A DNA stretch of 62,915 nt, counting the filler, from Reticulomyxa filosa (taxonomy: Eukaryota > Protista > Foraminifera): assembly GCA_000512085.1 (NCBI GenBank). It is 18 parts of 18 records of this genome, joined end to end, with 100 filler letters (N's around TTAATTAATTAA, not from the genome) between each part and the next. Parts side by side here need not be neighbours in the genome. Positions count along the whole stretch, not along the records: positions 1 to 4,930 come from ASPP01020021.1; positions 5,031 to 11,089 come from ASPP01011106.1; 16 more parts are not named here. One strand, 5' to 3'. This document shows, one piece after another, positions 1 to 10,887 of this stretch (within the stretch, counting starts at the first letter, position 1; the number at the start of each line of letters is the position of its first letter). Position numbers and translations under genes: made by a program. Under the pieces are notes generated by a model. It did not search any database and was not told the origin of the DNA. It saw nothing but the letters and a program-made list of their open reading frames with translations.

Positions 1-2978
1 GATGATGATGATGATGAAGAGCTTTCGTTGGAATGACCTGAAACCACATAGGATGCAAATACTCCAAATTGAAAGATTTCATACAACAACAATGCCATTG
101 TAAGAATTGTGCCGACATTCCAAACAAATTTTTGAGGTTTGGGCGTCTTTTTTTCCAGTAACTCTTTGGCATTCCTTTCTTGAAATGATCTCAATGCACG
201 ATAGGTTCCAAATGCTTGCAACAGTAATATAATAAAAACATACGTGCCAATTGCTTTAATCGTCACCGTATTGTCATAGTTATGATTGGGAATGATGTAC
301 AACGTAATCAATAGTGGAACCCCTACTAAAAAGCCAAACATGAATAATGCCCTCGCCAATTGCCAAAGCAATCTTTTCATACGTTTGCAACAGCTTTCCG
401 ACTCCAATACTATTTCGCGATGAGCCACTTCTTTGGTATCTGTTTCTACTTTATTCATTCGCACGATTAATAAAAAGTAACACGAAGGCAATGTTACCAC
501 CACACTTAACGCCATTATAATTGGATACAATATCACTCTGCAAATCACATATGTATACAATACACTTACGCCTCACACCCTACAAACCCATCTCCCTTTT
601 ACATCGGTTACACGCAACATACTTGCTCAAAAGTTTGCAAAACAATACACACGTATATATACAGACACTTCCATAATAATAGTAAGGTACAAGTTCCGTG
701 CTTGAGGCCGCATCAGCAAGCAAATAATATGCGTTTTCTAAATCCGCAAAAATGTTGTCCACTACTTCTTTTGCCGCTTGTTTGTTTTTATCCCATCTAA
801 TCATTATCATTATCATCATGTCCCCATTTATCCATCAGTACAACAGAAACATTACAGTTTTTGAAAAAAAAAAAAAAACAAAACTTGGTCCAATTGGGTC
901 TTGTGCAACATATGCGACAACAACCTGCTTTTCGCTGCAGTTTCTCGGCTTTCTTCAAAAAAAGCTGTGCATTATTAACTATTTCTCCACTTTTCAATTC
1001 CAGCATTTCTTCCATATGGATTTGTTTCCTTTTCTGTTTCTCTCCCTGTCCCTCTTCTTGCATTTCTATTTCCATGTCCTGTTCCATTTCCATGTCCTGT
1101 TTCCTTCTCATTTCCTTTTTCGCACTACTTCTTCGAGCACGAGAAGGCTTTCCTCCTTTCTTTGGCTGTGGTTCGTCTTGATAACTGCCCGCGAAACCAC
1201 CGACTGCAAGGAGATTAATGCTTTCGTCAAATAGTGCTGCGTGATACAGCATAGCCTCGTTTTTTGGAGAGTCATATGCAATGCTTCTGGCAGAGGATGG
1301 TTGTATAAAAAGTTCGTGATCCCGAATTTGTTCGATTTGTTCGTCCAGTCGTGCACTTTGTTCGCTCAGTTGTACACGTTGTTGGAAAGTTTCTCCACCG
1401 AGCAAGTCATACGCATTATCGCCACCATATGCTTGTTCTTGTTCTTTTTCTTTTTTGTCTTTGTCTGTATTCTTGTAATCTTTAACGCTCTTAAGTGCCA
1501 TCGGCTTGGATGATGTCAAGGCGAATGTATCCGCAAAAGTAGTGGTGGGCTTGGCGCTACCGAACACTGTGTCAACGAACTGAGGTGGCGACGGTGGTGC
1601 AAAGGACGATACTGTCAATGGAGGCAGTGGCTCAAAGGACGGTACTGCCAATAGTGGAGGTAGTGATAGTTCGTTCGCAGGCACGAGTTCAGTGATGGAC
1701 ATCGGCAGCACAGGCAATTCTATCGAGGAGACAAGCGCATTCGATGATGGCATTGTGTTCGTCGATAGATCTTCTCTTTTGTTCAAACCAAATTCATCCA
1801 CTTTTCTTTCTGCGTTGGCCTTTTCTTTGCTTTTCGCCTGTTCTTGTGCTTGCGCTTTTGTCATTGCCATTATTTGGCCATTTGCCAAAATATGACTTTT
1901 TGCCAATGTCTTCTCATCTTTTAAGATTTTTCCATGATACAGCAGCTCGATATCATCTGTGCATTACACAAATAATATATACACACACATACGTGTATGA
2001 CTGTTCACTGGAAATTCACTTTTTAGCATCACTCAAGCACAAAGCGACTGGCCAACTTAACATAAGTTTAGACTGCTAATCTTTTTAACAATTGTTTCCT
2101 TGAGTTGTTTGACGGTGTAATTACTTTGAACTTTTAATGGAAAGGAGTCACCCGAAAAGGGTTGCACGGTGATCGAAAAGGCCAGGGGTTGCGAGATTGT
2201 AGGCAGATCGTGCTTTTTTGTGTACGTATCAACAATTGTTCGGAGGTAGTCTTCGGTGCTGGAGGAATTATTTTCAATCAATTCCAAGAACGAAACTTCT
2301 GGAAACTCCTTTTTTTTTTTTTTATAAAGTTGTAAATATAGGGAACAACAAATTTATTTGTCGAATATTGAAACAAAAAAAAAAACAATAAGCCCCAATT
2401 GAAAAGACTACCTTTTGCAAATTGGATGAATTGTGAGAGTGATGGGAGATGGAATCACAAGTGGTCAATTGGAAGGTGATAGCGAAAGTCAAGTGATTGG
2501 AACGAGCATTTTTGGTGTAGGAGCGACACCAGGAATTGACGTTGTGAAGATAAGATCGCACAAACTCGCCATAATCGCGACCATGACTGGCGCAGTCGTT
2601 GAGGACAACAAATGTAATGTCTTTATTACTGTCGGAATGGGCACTATTGCCTGGTTGTCTGGGGAACATTTGATTCAGACGCTGCGTCATATAATTCGCA
2701 AATTTGTCGTGCATGTTGATCACACGTATGTGCATGCTATATTTTTTGCTCAGTCTACTCTTTGCTAATGTCACCCTGTGTTTCAAACTGTTGTATTGCG
2801 GCGTTGACAGCCAGTAAGAACTCGAAAACGATGCTTTGTATTTGGCAGATGCTGCGATGCTGTCGATATGGTAACTCGAACACTCGCCATATATCCACAT
2901 CTGCAGGAATCGATCCAACGTGTCGTTGCTATTTCCAATCAACACCACATCCACATCTATTTCCTCCATTTTTCTCAA
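1..2978 (-). CDS. Multi-exon protein: degenerate Ras-like (pseudo-GTPase) domain + ubiquitin-like domain + low-complexity linker + multi-pass membrane region (3' end off window)
   Basis: Exons about 2978-2412, 2308-~2062, ~1956-~884, ~797-~630 and ~537-1, with GT-AG introns. Ubl domain: FSITVQPFSGDSFPLKVQSNYTVKQLKETI...IELLYHGKILKDEKTLAKSHI. Hydrophobic segments in 1-537 (IIMALSVVVTLPSCYFLLIV; ALFMFGFLVGVPLLITLYII; GTYVFIILLLQAF; ILTMALLLYEIFQFGVF). The GTPase resemblance is weaker than the Ubl call. Confidence 0.6.
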
Positions 2979-3131
2979 TTCTAAATCCTTTTCCTCTTCT
3001 AGTTGCCATGCTCGATGATATATCTATACGTGGATCATTATAATATGTACACATACATACGCATGTATACGTTCACAGAAGCAAATGCGAGTCACAAAGC
3101 ATTTTTTGTTCTTTTCAAGTAATTTTCAATT

Positions 3132-3795
3132 TCAAAAGGCTTCTTTTTTTTCTCTCATCAAAACAAACAAAACTGAAAGGCCTGACTGTGCGTGCGTTAA
3201 ATCATGCTGCGATTTTATTATCACAGTACGAAGTTGTTCTGTCAAGTGCTGTTGCAAGATTTGCAGCGGAGCGTATCTTGTCTTCCCTTTATAACGAACT
3301 TTGCTCTCTTTAAAGTACACGTTTAGATATAACAACATTATTTCATTGCACACGTGATACAATCTATCCATGTTTATCCAACTACCTATCCATACCTTTT
3401 TTTTTACCAACATTTTTTTTATACATATGCACGTATCAAACAATGCTTTTTTTTTTCTTTTGTTCTTGCTATATTATTTCTCGATCCAATATAAAAAAAT
3501 TTATTTACTCAACGTGCGCTATTAATCCAATATCGATATTCTCAAATTTTTTGCAAAAAATAAAATTTTGCTGATCATCAGAGCTGTCCAATTTCTCAAA
3601 ACACGCTTCGCTTGATACCTTTTCCTCTCGAATTTTATTGAGATATGTTTCAACTTGTTGTTCGTAGCCTTTCTTTTCGGTCTCCGTCAGGTTATCTTTT
3701 TTGAATGCTAAAGAGATAATCTTTTTTCTCAAACCTATAAAACCACATTCTAATTTCAACGATGAAGACATTTCTCTTTTGGTATAGTTTCTCAA
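3132..3795 (-). CDS. Hypothetical coding exons, possibly upstream exons of the 1-2978 gene
   Basis: Two protein-like ORFs (3505-3795, 3132-3443) separated by intron-like poly-A/T sequence. No recognisable motif. Confidence 0.35.
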
Positions 3796-4121
3796 TAATA
3801 ATTAGTTTTTTTCCAAGACAACGTCTTTGCTGCAATAGAAATAAGCTGTACAGAAATAATACAGTATCTCTAGACTGTGGTCACCTTCTTCAGTACAACT
3901 TTGTTTTAGAAAGTTACGCTTGCTATTGTAGTTTTTCTTATTTGATTTGATAATAAATAAAATAAAAATTTTCAAATGTATGACAAAAATTACAGGTAAA
4001 ATGTAGTTCTTACAACAGATACAAAAAATATTGTTAGTAAATTGGTGCAGTGGACACCGTAAAGAGAGGTAATTTTTTATTAGAATGTGTGGTGGAGTGA
4101 GTTAAAAAAAAAAATCTTGGA

Positions 4122-4850
4122 ATGACATCTTCACGAAGAAGAAGCTTTGATCTTGAAGAAATTGCCAGAAAAATATCAGAACATGTAGAAATCAAAGATC
4201 GTGCATATCATTTTAAAATTTACAAAGAATGTTTTGTTGGAAAAGATTTGGTGACATATTTTGTGAACTCGGGACTAGTGAAAACGGTGTCAGAGGCGGT
4301 AGATTTGGGAAATTTGTTAATAAAAGAAGATTACATCAAGCATGTGTTATATGATCACGGATTTAAAAATGAGAAATTATTTTACGAGTTTACAGAAGGA
4401 GCAAAAAGCCGTCTCTACTCACAAGGATCACCGCATACGATGACATCTTCAGAAAGATTGTCGATCAATGATGAAGAATTGGAAGAAATCGCATATGCAA
4501 TATTTCGTAGTTCTTTGATACAAAATAGGTCCGAAGGGCACCACAGGGAGTATCAAAAAAGAGGGAGTTAAACGAATGAAAAAGTATTTTTTTGGATTTT
4601 TGTTTGTTTGTCTGCAGACAATGGGCATTGAAAACGTACCCCAGATGTTTTGTCGGTGAGGAATTGGTGACATGGTTGGTGAAAAAAGGCTATGCGCTAG
4701 GGGTGAACCGAGCAGTGGCGATTGGAAATGCACTAATCGATAAAAAGCTAATCCATCACGTCACGCATGAACACAAATTCAAAAACGAATACTTGTTCTA
4801 TCAACTGATCGATGATCTTTCCGAAGAAATGTCATTGTCTGATGCACAGT
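4122..4850 (+). CDS. Tandem DEP-domain protein, N-terminal part (truncated by contig end)
   Basis: Two DEP repeats: IKDRAYHFKIYKECFVGKDLVTYF...HGFKNEKLFYEF and NRQWALKTYPRCFVGEELVTWL...HKFKNEYLFYQL. GT-AG intron 4529-4617 restores the frame. Confidence 0.9.
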
Positions 4851-4930
4851 GTAATTTGTTTTTTTTCTCTTTTATTTTTTTGTCAATGTTATAATACATA
4901 TAAATAAATAAATAAATAAATAAATATATA

Positions 4931-5030
4931 NNNNNNNNNNNNNNNNNNNNNNNNNNNNNNNNNNNNNNNNNNNNTTAATTAATTAANNNNNNNNNNNNNN
5001 NNNNNNNNNNNNNNNNNNNNNNNNNNNNNN
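4931..5030. other. Artificial contig-join spacer. Same spacer at 11090-11189, 12832-12931, 15981-16080, 20361-20460, 36249-36348, 43075-43174, 44396-44495, 45546-45645, 46837-46936, 50993-51092, 52134-52233, 54546-54645, 57069-57168, 59133-59232, 60615-60714, 61796-61895
   Basis: Seventeen identical 100-nt blocks of 44 N + TTAATTAATTAA (stop codons in all six frames) + 44 N. Composition and gene content change abruptly across them. Confidence 0.99.
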
Positions 5031-5650
5031 ACTATTTTGTATTTATTTCATCCGATCGCCCTGTCCTACTATCCCTTTCAAGTCAATAAATCTCAAGCGT
5101 TTTTGTATAACTGTTTTTACTTTGCCGCCTCTTTCTATCATTCCACTACACATTGCTTTTTTGTGCCACGACCTCTTTTTAGTGGAGGAAAATTATTGTC
5201 GTCATCTTTGTCATTATTTCTTTTTCTCGGTTTGCCGCCGATGTAGGTTTCATCCATCTCAACAATACCTTCTAAAAGCTCTGCTTGACTGCCTTCCATA
5301 GCATTTCTGATTCTCAACATCATTGACCAAACTGTTGGCTGTCTCATTCCTAAATCTCTTGCTATCTGTGAACTAGACACGCCTTTGCGAGCGTTGAGCA
5401 TCAACGACATAACAAAAAACCATTTTTGTAATTCGATATGAGTATGATGAAAAATTGTGCCAACCAGTACGCTGAAAGATTTTTTGCAACCCCAGCATTG
5501 CAAGCGTTCTTTATTTTCTTCTGTATGCTTGCAAACCTTATCAGAACCACAATAAACACACTTGATTTCACCATTCCATCTAACCTTTTCAAGATGGCCT
5601 AAACATTTCTTTTGTGTTGAAAACTTCTTGGTTATTTCTAAAATATTCAT
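5031..5650 (-). CDS. IS1595-family (ISXO2-like DDE) transposase, N-terminal half
   Basis: ORF 5138-5650. After a 1-nt frameshift near 5145 it continues GMIERGGKVKTVIQKRLRFIDLKGIV toward the contig end. Confidence 0.92.
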
Positions 5651-5689
5651 AGACTTTTTATTTATAATTTAGCAACTTGACGAGGCTAT

Positions 5690-5718
5690 ATTATAAAAGG
5701 GCTTAAAGTCATTGTCAA
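5690..5718 (-). promoter_or_regulatory. Perfect sigma70 consensus promoter for the transposase
   Basis: Minus strand reads TTGACA-ATGACTTTAAGCCCTTT (17 nt)-TATAAT, about 40 nt upstream of the transposase ATG and inside the IS end. Confidence 0.85.
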
Positions 5719-5739
5719 GCCTTAAAGTGTATAAATCCG

Positions 5740-6186
5740 TTTTAAATTGTTCTACAGTCAATTTTTGATTTGAAATTGCAGCTGTTATAGATCTACCAAC
5801 TTTAGCATTTATATTTGGCATTGTGCGTACAATAGTAAACCCTGGAAAATGCTTTGAAAAATAATCCAAATTTTTCCTGCAATAGGAGTGATTATCAATG
5901 TATCTTTAGAATGAGAATCCATTAATGATTTTGCGTAATGAGCGATAATGTCATTGATTATTTGAGGTTTAACCCCAAATAGGAGAACTTGAAACTTTCC
6001 CCCCAAAGGATAATCGCTTATAATCTTAACTCCATAAGTTGATTTTATAGAATCAATCCTACGGCTACCCTTTGGGAGTAAAACGGTTATTTCTTCTTTA
6101 AAGAATTTACCGCTCTTTAGGATTCCTGCAAGAATAGCTGTACTTAAATTACCACAGCCCACCAGCAGGATTTTATTCATCAGCAA
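5740..6186 (-). pseudogene. proC: Pyrroline-5-carboxylate reductase, 3'-truncated by the IS
   Basis: KILLVGCGNLSTAILAG Rossmann motif, LFGVKPQ, IITPIAG, then IVRTMPN after a homopolymer frameshift near 5870. Only about 150 codons precede the IS end, so the C-terminal dimerisation domain is missing. Confidence 0.88.
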
Positions 6187-6189
6187 AAA

Positions 6190-6582
6190 CTACTTTTTAG
6201 ATTTTTTTGCAGCTGATTTTTTAGCTGGAGCTTTCTTTGCAGCTGATTTTTTAGCTGGAGCTTTCTTTGCAGCTGATTTTTTAGCTGGAGCTTTCTTTTT
6301 CATCTTTTCCTCCGTTGATGATTTTTTTGATGAATTATATTCATCTGGTAAAATTTCTATGCCTAAGACTTTTTTGATTTCAATTAAATCTTGTTTTGCT
6401 TTCGAGGTAATTTTTCTTAAAACATCAAACTCATCTTTAGTAACAAAATTCATTTTTTTTACTAAAGCTTCAACATGATCTTTAACATAACTGCTTATTT
6501 CCCTCTTGATATTTGCTGCAGTAGCAAATGCAGAACTTGCGATTTTACTGATATCGTCAAAAAATTTATTGTCTTTATTCAT
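6190..6582 (-). CDS. Accessory factor UbiK/BMFP-family protein with lysine/alanine-rich (KKAPAKKSAA)3 tail
   Basis: NKFFDDISKIASSAF...MNFVTKDEFDVLR family motif. Located divergent from lgt and upstream of proC, as in many alphaproteobacteria. Confidence 0.8.
   Translation of the reverse strand: MNKDNKFFDDISKIASSAFATAANIKREISSYVKDHVEALVKKMNFVTKDEFDVLRKITSKAKQDLIEIKKVLGIEILPDEYNSSKKSSTEEKMKKKAPAKKSAAKKAPAKKSAAKKAPAKKSAAKKSKK
6206..6295. repeat. Three exact 30-bp tandem repeats encoding KKAPAKKSAA
   Basis: tttgcagctgattttttagctggagctttc x3. Confidence 0.95.
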
Positions 6583-6636
6583 AAAAATAATTTATAAAAC
6601 TTGCAGTTACATTTTTTATTTTACAATTTTAAAAAC

Positions 6637-7417
6637 ATGCTCGCAATATTTTTTCCACTTATAAATCCAATCGCAATTTCATTAGGACCAATAAAAATTT
6701 ATTGGTATTCACTCGCATATATATTCGGAATTTTACTCGGATTTTTATTATTAAATTTTCATATTAAGAAAACAAATTTCAACATCAAAAAAAATATTTT
6801 GGACGATATCATCATCTATGCTGTAATAGGTATTATCGCAGGGGGAGATTAGGTTATATTTTATTTTATGATCTAAATAATGTTATCAATTTTCCTCTCC
6901 GTGCAATTAAAATTTGGGAAGGTGGAATGTCATTCCATGGAGGTACTTTAGGTTTTATTTTTGCTACGTATCTTTATAGCAACAAAATAAAATAAATTAT
7001 TTTCACTAATGGATTTGATCGTATGTGTAATTCCAATTGGAATTTTTTCGGAAGAATTGCAAATTTTATTAATGGTGAATTGTATGGAAGAATTACTAAA
7101 GTAAATTGGGGAGTAATTTTTCCGAATGTAGGTGAAAGTCCTCGCCACCCTTCTCAGCTCTATGAAGCAGCTACTGAAGGATTATTTTTATTCATCATTC
7201 TCAATACATTATTATATTTTACAGAAATAAAAAATAAACCTGGCGCATTAGGTGGAAGTTTTTGATTCTATACTCAGTTTTAGAATTTTGACTGAAACTT
7301 TTCGCGAACCTGATAAACACTTAGGATTATTTTTTATTCATTCACCATGGGTCAAATCCTTACAGTTCCATTTCTACTATTCGGAATTTATTTTCTTTTT
7401 AGAAAAACTAAACTTAA
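6637..7417 (+). CDS. lgt: Prolipoprotein diacylglyceryl transferase (several 1-nt frameshifts, probably sequencing errors)
   Basis: [22 protein letters not shown](R)[52 protein letters not shown]. Frameshifts near 6845, ~7010-7020, ~7260 and ~7330, mostly in homopolymers. Confidence 0.95.
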
Positions 7418-7932
7418 TTAGAATTAATTTTTTTAGCAATTTTTTCAGAGCATGAAGCTGCTTGTTTAAGACTTGGTGCTACTAATTCATTACAACAATC
7501 TAACATTACTTGTGCATTAATTAATTGTACCTGTTTTGCAATGTTTAAAAAATTATCAGCCAATTGTTCATTTGCAATATTCATATCAACCAAATTTTTT
7601 GAGGATATTAAATTATTAGAATAATTTGCATAAGCATTCCAAATATCGCCCATAACTAAATTCACATTAGTAAATAAATTATTTAATATTTGAGTTGCGA
7701 ATTCATGATTTTGTGAAGCAAGTCCACAATTATTAATACATAATTTATTTACTTCCTCTAATTGAGAAATAATATTTTCTGCAGATTTATTATCGATAAT
7801 AAAATCATCCTGACCTAAGTTTTTTTTCTTAGCTTTTAGTTCAGTATCATTTTTACTTAAGTTGCTAGAGTAATCTCTCGCATCAATTCCATTACTCTTT
7901 TTATTTACTGATTTAATAATTTTCGCAATCAT
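7414..7932 (-). CDS. Putative phasin-family protein
   Basis: Helical C-terminal half (SSKNLVDMNIANEQLADNFL...NELVAPSLKQAASCSEKI) resembles the alphaproteobacterial phasin pattern. The ATG at 7932 is preferred over 7962, which lies inside the putative IS end. Confidence 0.5.
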   Translation of the reverse strand: MIAKIIKSVNKKSNGIDARDYSSNLSKNDTELKAKKKNLGQDDFIIDNKSAENIISQLEEVNKLCINNCGLASQNHEFATQILNNLFTNVNLVMGDIWNAYANYSNNLISSKNLVDMNIANEQLADNFLNIAKQVQLINAQVMLDCCNELVAPSLKQAASCSEKIAKKINSN

Positions 7933-7965
7933 CCCTTTACATGTTGCGGATTTAAAAAGCATCCA

Positions 7966-10887
7966 CTATGTTATTGCATTTAATAAAAATAAGTTGATTT
8001 TATTTTTAATTTTCTCTTCTTGAAGTTTTATTAATTGCTTTGAAGATTCAACAATTTTTCTTTCATTTTCAATTTGTTCTACGATTTTTTTTTTGGACTT
8101 CAATTGATAGTAACATTATTTTTATATTTTTTAATTCAGAAACAGAAACAATATTTTGAATTGCATACCTCTAATATCAAAGTTTATATTTGATATTATA
8201 TACCAATATAAATACTTAGGAAAAACTGATTGTGCAGGGGTTACTTTTAACAATGCTTGATTAATAATACCTTTTTCAAAATTATTATTTAGCAATAATA
8301 CTTTGCCTATAGTTCCAGAGCAACTCATTAAAATATCATTTTCTTGAACTGAAAACCTTATCATTTCTTTATATTTTGATTCTGTAATATAATAATTACC
8401 AATTTTGACATCATTTTTAATGCAATTAGATTGTTCATAAACTTTAAAGCCACTTTCAACAAAAATTTCTTTTTTCAAGCTTCCACCAAATGGACCTCTT
8501 ACAAGTTTTGTAATATCGCCTAAGTTCCTAATTTCACAACCCTCACGAACCTCAAAACTAGGATTCCAATTATCAATTATCTGCTTTGCACCATCAATTA
8601 CTTTTTGATAGCTATCTATCTCTTCAACTATTTTTTGTTGTTCTTCTAAAGGGGGGAGGGGGATTTTTATTTTTTTTATATTATCATTACTTAGATGTAA
8701 GATGTTTGCCCCTCTTGCATACTTTGCTAGTTCATTTTTTAATGTATAGTTAAAAACTAATGATAAATATTGCGGATTGATTTTATTTTGACTATGTATC
8801 CTGATAATATTAATATCGCTACCTATCACCACATCTTTTTTACATAAAGTTCTTGCTATTGCAATTCCATCTTCATCTGCGGTGTAGTAGCTGGTATTAA
8901 CACATCTCCATAATTAGACAAAATTTTGCCTTTTACATTAGTTGTGCTGTATACTTTATCTATAAATGGATTGTTGTATTTTGTATATAACTCTCCATAT
9001 AAAATACATTCATATATTCCATCATTTTCAACTTCTGTTTTAGACAAAGCATTTCCTTTTTTAAATTCTATATGTTTTATTTCTTCTAATTCTTGTAAAG
9101 AAAACTCTTGAAATGCAAAATTATCAATAACTTGTTCCTTATATTGATTAGCGAGTAAAACATACTTGTTATTTCTTACTTTATTCTTATAAAGCACATC
9201 AAAATTAATCCTCTTTAATCTTTCAATTTCATCAATATTTAAAGAAGCTTCAGATAATAAAACATCGATATCATTTTGTCCTTTTATTTTTGTTCGTGCT
9301 TTATTTAAGGCGTAGCCATCATTTTGCAAATCAAAATACCATATATGATTTTGTTTTTGTTTGGCTTCTTCTTAATAATTATAATGTCGCTTTTAACTCC
9401 AACATCAACAAAAGTTCTTTTTGGAAGTGATACAACATTTTCTAGGCTATATTTTTCAACTAAATCTCTTCTAAGTTGTGTATATGCTTTATTCCCATTA
9501 AATAAAATACCTTCTGGCACAATAATTCCAGCTCGTGCATTTTCATTTTGATTATTTAAAGCATCTAAACAATGCAAAACTCCACATATTTCTGCAGACT
9601 TTCCGTTATACCCATATTGAGATAGATAATCTGTTTTCATTTTGTTTCCAAATGGAATATTTGTAATTACAACATCCAATTTATTGGTTTGCTTTTTCTC
9701 ATAACTATCTTGTCTTGCAATATTTGAGTGCCCGTCTCCCGCTAAAATCATATTCATTTTTGCAATTCTAAATATTGTTGAAAATTCACCGCCAAAAACA
9801 GTTTCATTTTTTAAATATCTTATTGTATTTGGATTTAATGGCATTCTTCTTTTTATATATTTAAAAGATTCGGTCAACATTCCACCAGTTCCACAAAAAC
9901 CATCATATATTTTTTCGCCAAACTTAGGATTTAATAATTTCACCATTGTTTTTACAATATGCCGTGGCGTAAAATATTCTCCAAAGTCAGTTTCTGCCCC
10001 ACCATAATTTCTTAAAAAATACTCAAAGGCATCCCCTTTAATATCTGTATTTGTATCAGACAGCCATAAATCATCTAAATTTGTAATAATGTCATTTAAG
10101 ATACGCTCTTTGCCGCTTAAAATTTCTATTTTTGATAAAACTTTACCGCCATAAGATTTCTTAAAATAATCAAATGCCTGTTTATTTAAAAAATCTACTA
10201 AATCAAGCCCTTTTTTAATTTTAAAATTGTCCCATAAATAATCTTTCGGGGGCAAAGCTATAGTACAGTCGTTCATTTCTGCAAGTTCACTAATAACCTT
10301 AAGGAATAAGATATTTGAAAATAAGTCTATTCTATCAAGACCACTTCTAATTCCCATTTTTCTAAAATCGTTATTAACAGTTTTGAATATAGATATTAAT
10401 TCCTCTCTTGATTGTAAAACCTTTTTGTCTATTGAGTCGTATTTTGTCTATTGAGTCGTAGATATTATCTTGTAAGAAATTAAGAAGAGTTGATTGATTC
10501 AATAAATCATCAACCTCTTCATTATTTAAAGTTAAATTTGCTTGTTTTTTTATATGATATGTTTTTGTATATATGCCATCCGTTGCAAAAACAACCGGAG
10601 CATTTAATATCTTTGCATATTCTATCCCTTGTTGCTGTGCTTTATTTATATCTTCATAGGGTTTTTTTGCTTCTATTATAGCAATGGGCTCATCAGAATT
10701 ATCTTTATACAAAATATAATCTGGACGCTTTCCACCTAATAACTTTTTTTTGTTTCTCTGTTTTAGGTCTTTGTTTATACACATTGCAAGAATTTATATC
10801 TTTACTATCATCATTCCATTTTAAATATCTTAATTCATTATCTATTGCAGCCTCAATATCTCTCTCAACTAAATCAGAATATTTCAT
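7966..10887 (-). CDS. Single-chain restriction-modification-specificity protein (HsdR_N-type nuclease + N6-adenine MTase + two TRDs; Type IIB/IIG-like), frameshifted
   Basis: RPDYILY...IIEAKK PD-(D/E)XK nuclease. GEYFTPRHIV, DGFCGTGG (motif I), NIPF (motif IV) and GIIVPEGILF methylase motifs. Two HsdS-like TRD/helix units (IPLPPLEEQQKIVEEI; LLSIEVQKKIVEQIENE). ORF pieces join into about 970 codons after correcting frameshifts near 10748, 10423-10460 (19-bp duplication), ~9350, ~8883 and ~8167. Confidence 0.88.
10423..10460. repeat. Exact 19-bp tandem duplication that frameshifts the R-M-S gene
   Basis: ttttgtctattgagtcgta x2. Deleting one copy gives DNIYDSIDKKVLQSREELISIFKTVNNDFRKMGIRSG, in frame with the methylase ORF. 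Confidence 0.95.

Larger units (their letters stand above)
5031..5739 (-). mobile_element. IS1595-family insertion sequence, left part: terminal CGGATTTATACAC at 5739 plus 5' half of transposase, running off the contig
   Basis: Transposase with N-terminal Zn ribbon (CVYC...CWGC), HTH (GVSSSQIARDLGMRQPTVWSM) and first catalytic motif VEMDETYIGG. The putative end coincides with the point where proC homology stops. Confidence 0.85.

Noticed and set aside
6637-7417. lgt as a true pseudogene or programmed frameshift gene
   Set aside because: The indels are single-base, mostly in homopolymers, and all catalytic motifs are intact. Sequencing error is more parsimonious, though it cannot be proven without reads.
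8651-8662. G-rich tract in the specificity region as a phase-variable SSR
   Set aside because: It encodes the conserved HsdS IPLPPL motif and is in frame.
8131-10887. Classical three-gene Type I system (hsdR/hsdM/hsdS)
   Set aside because: There is no helicase/translocase domain, and the pieces join into one frame without intergenic spacing or separate starts.
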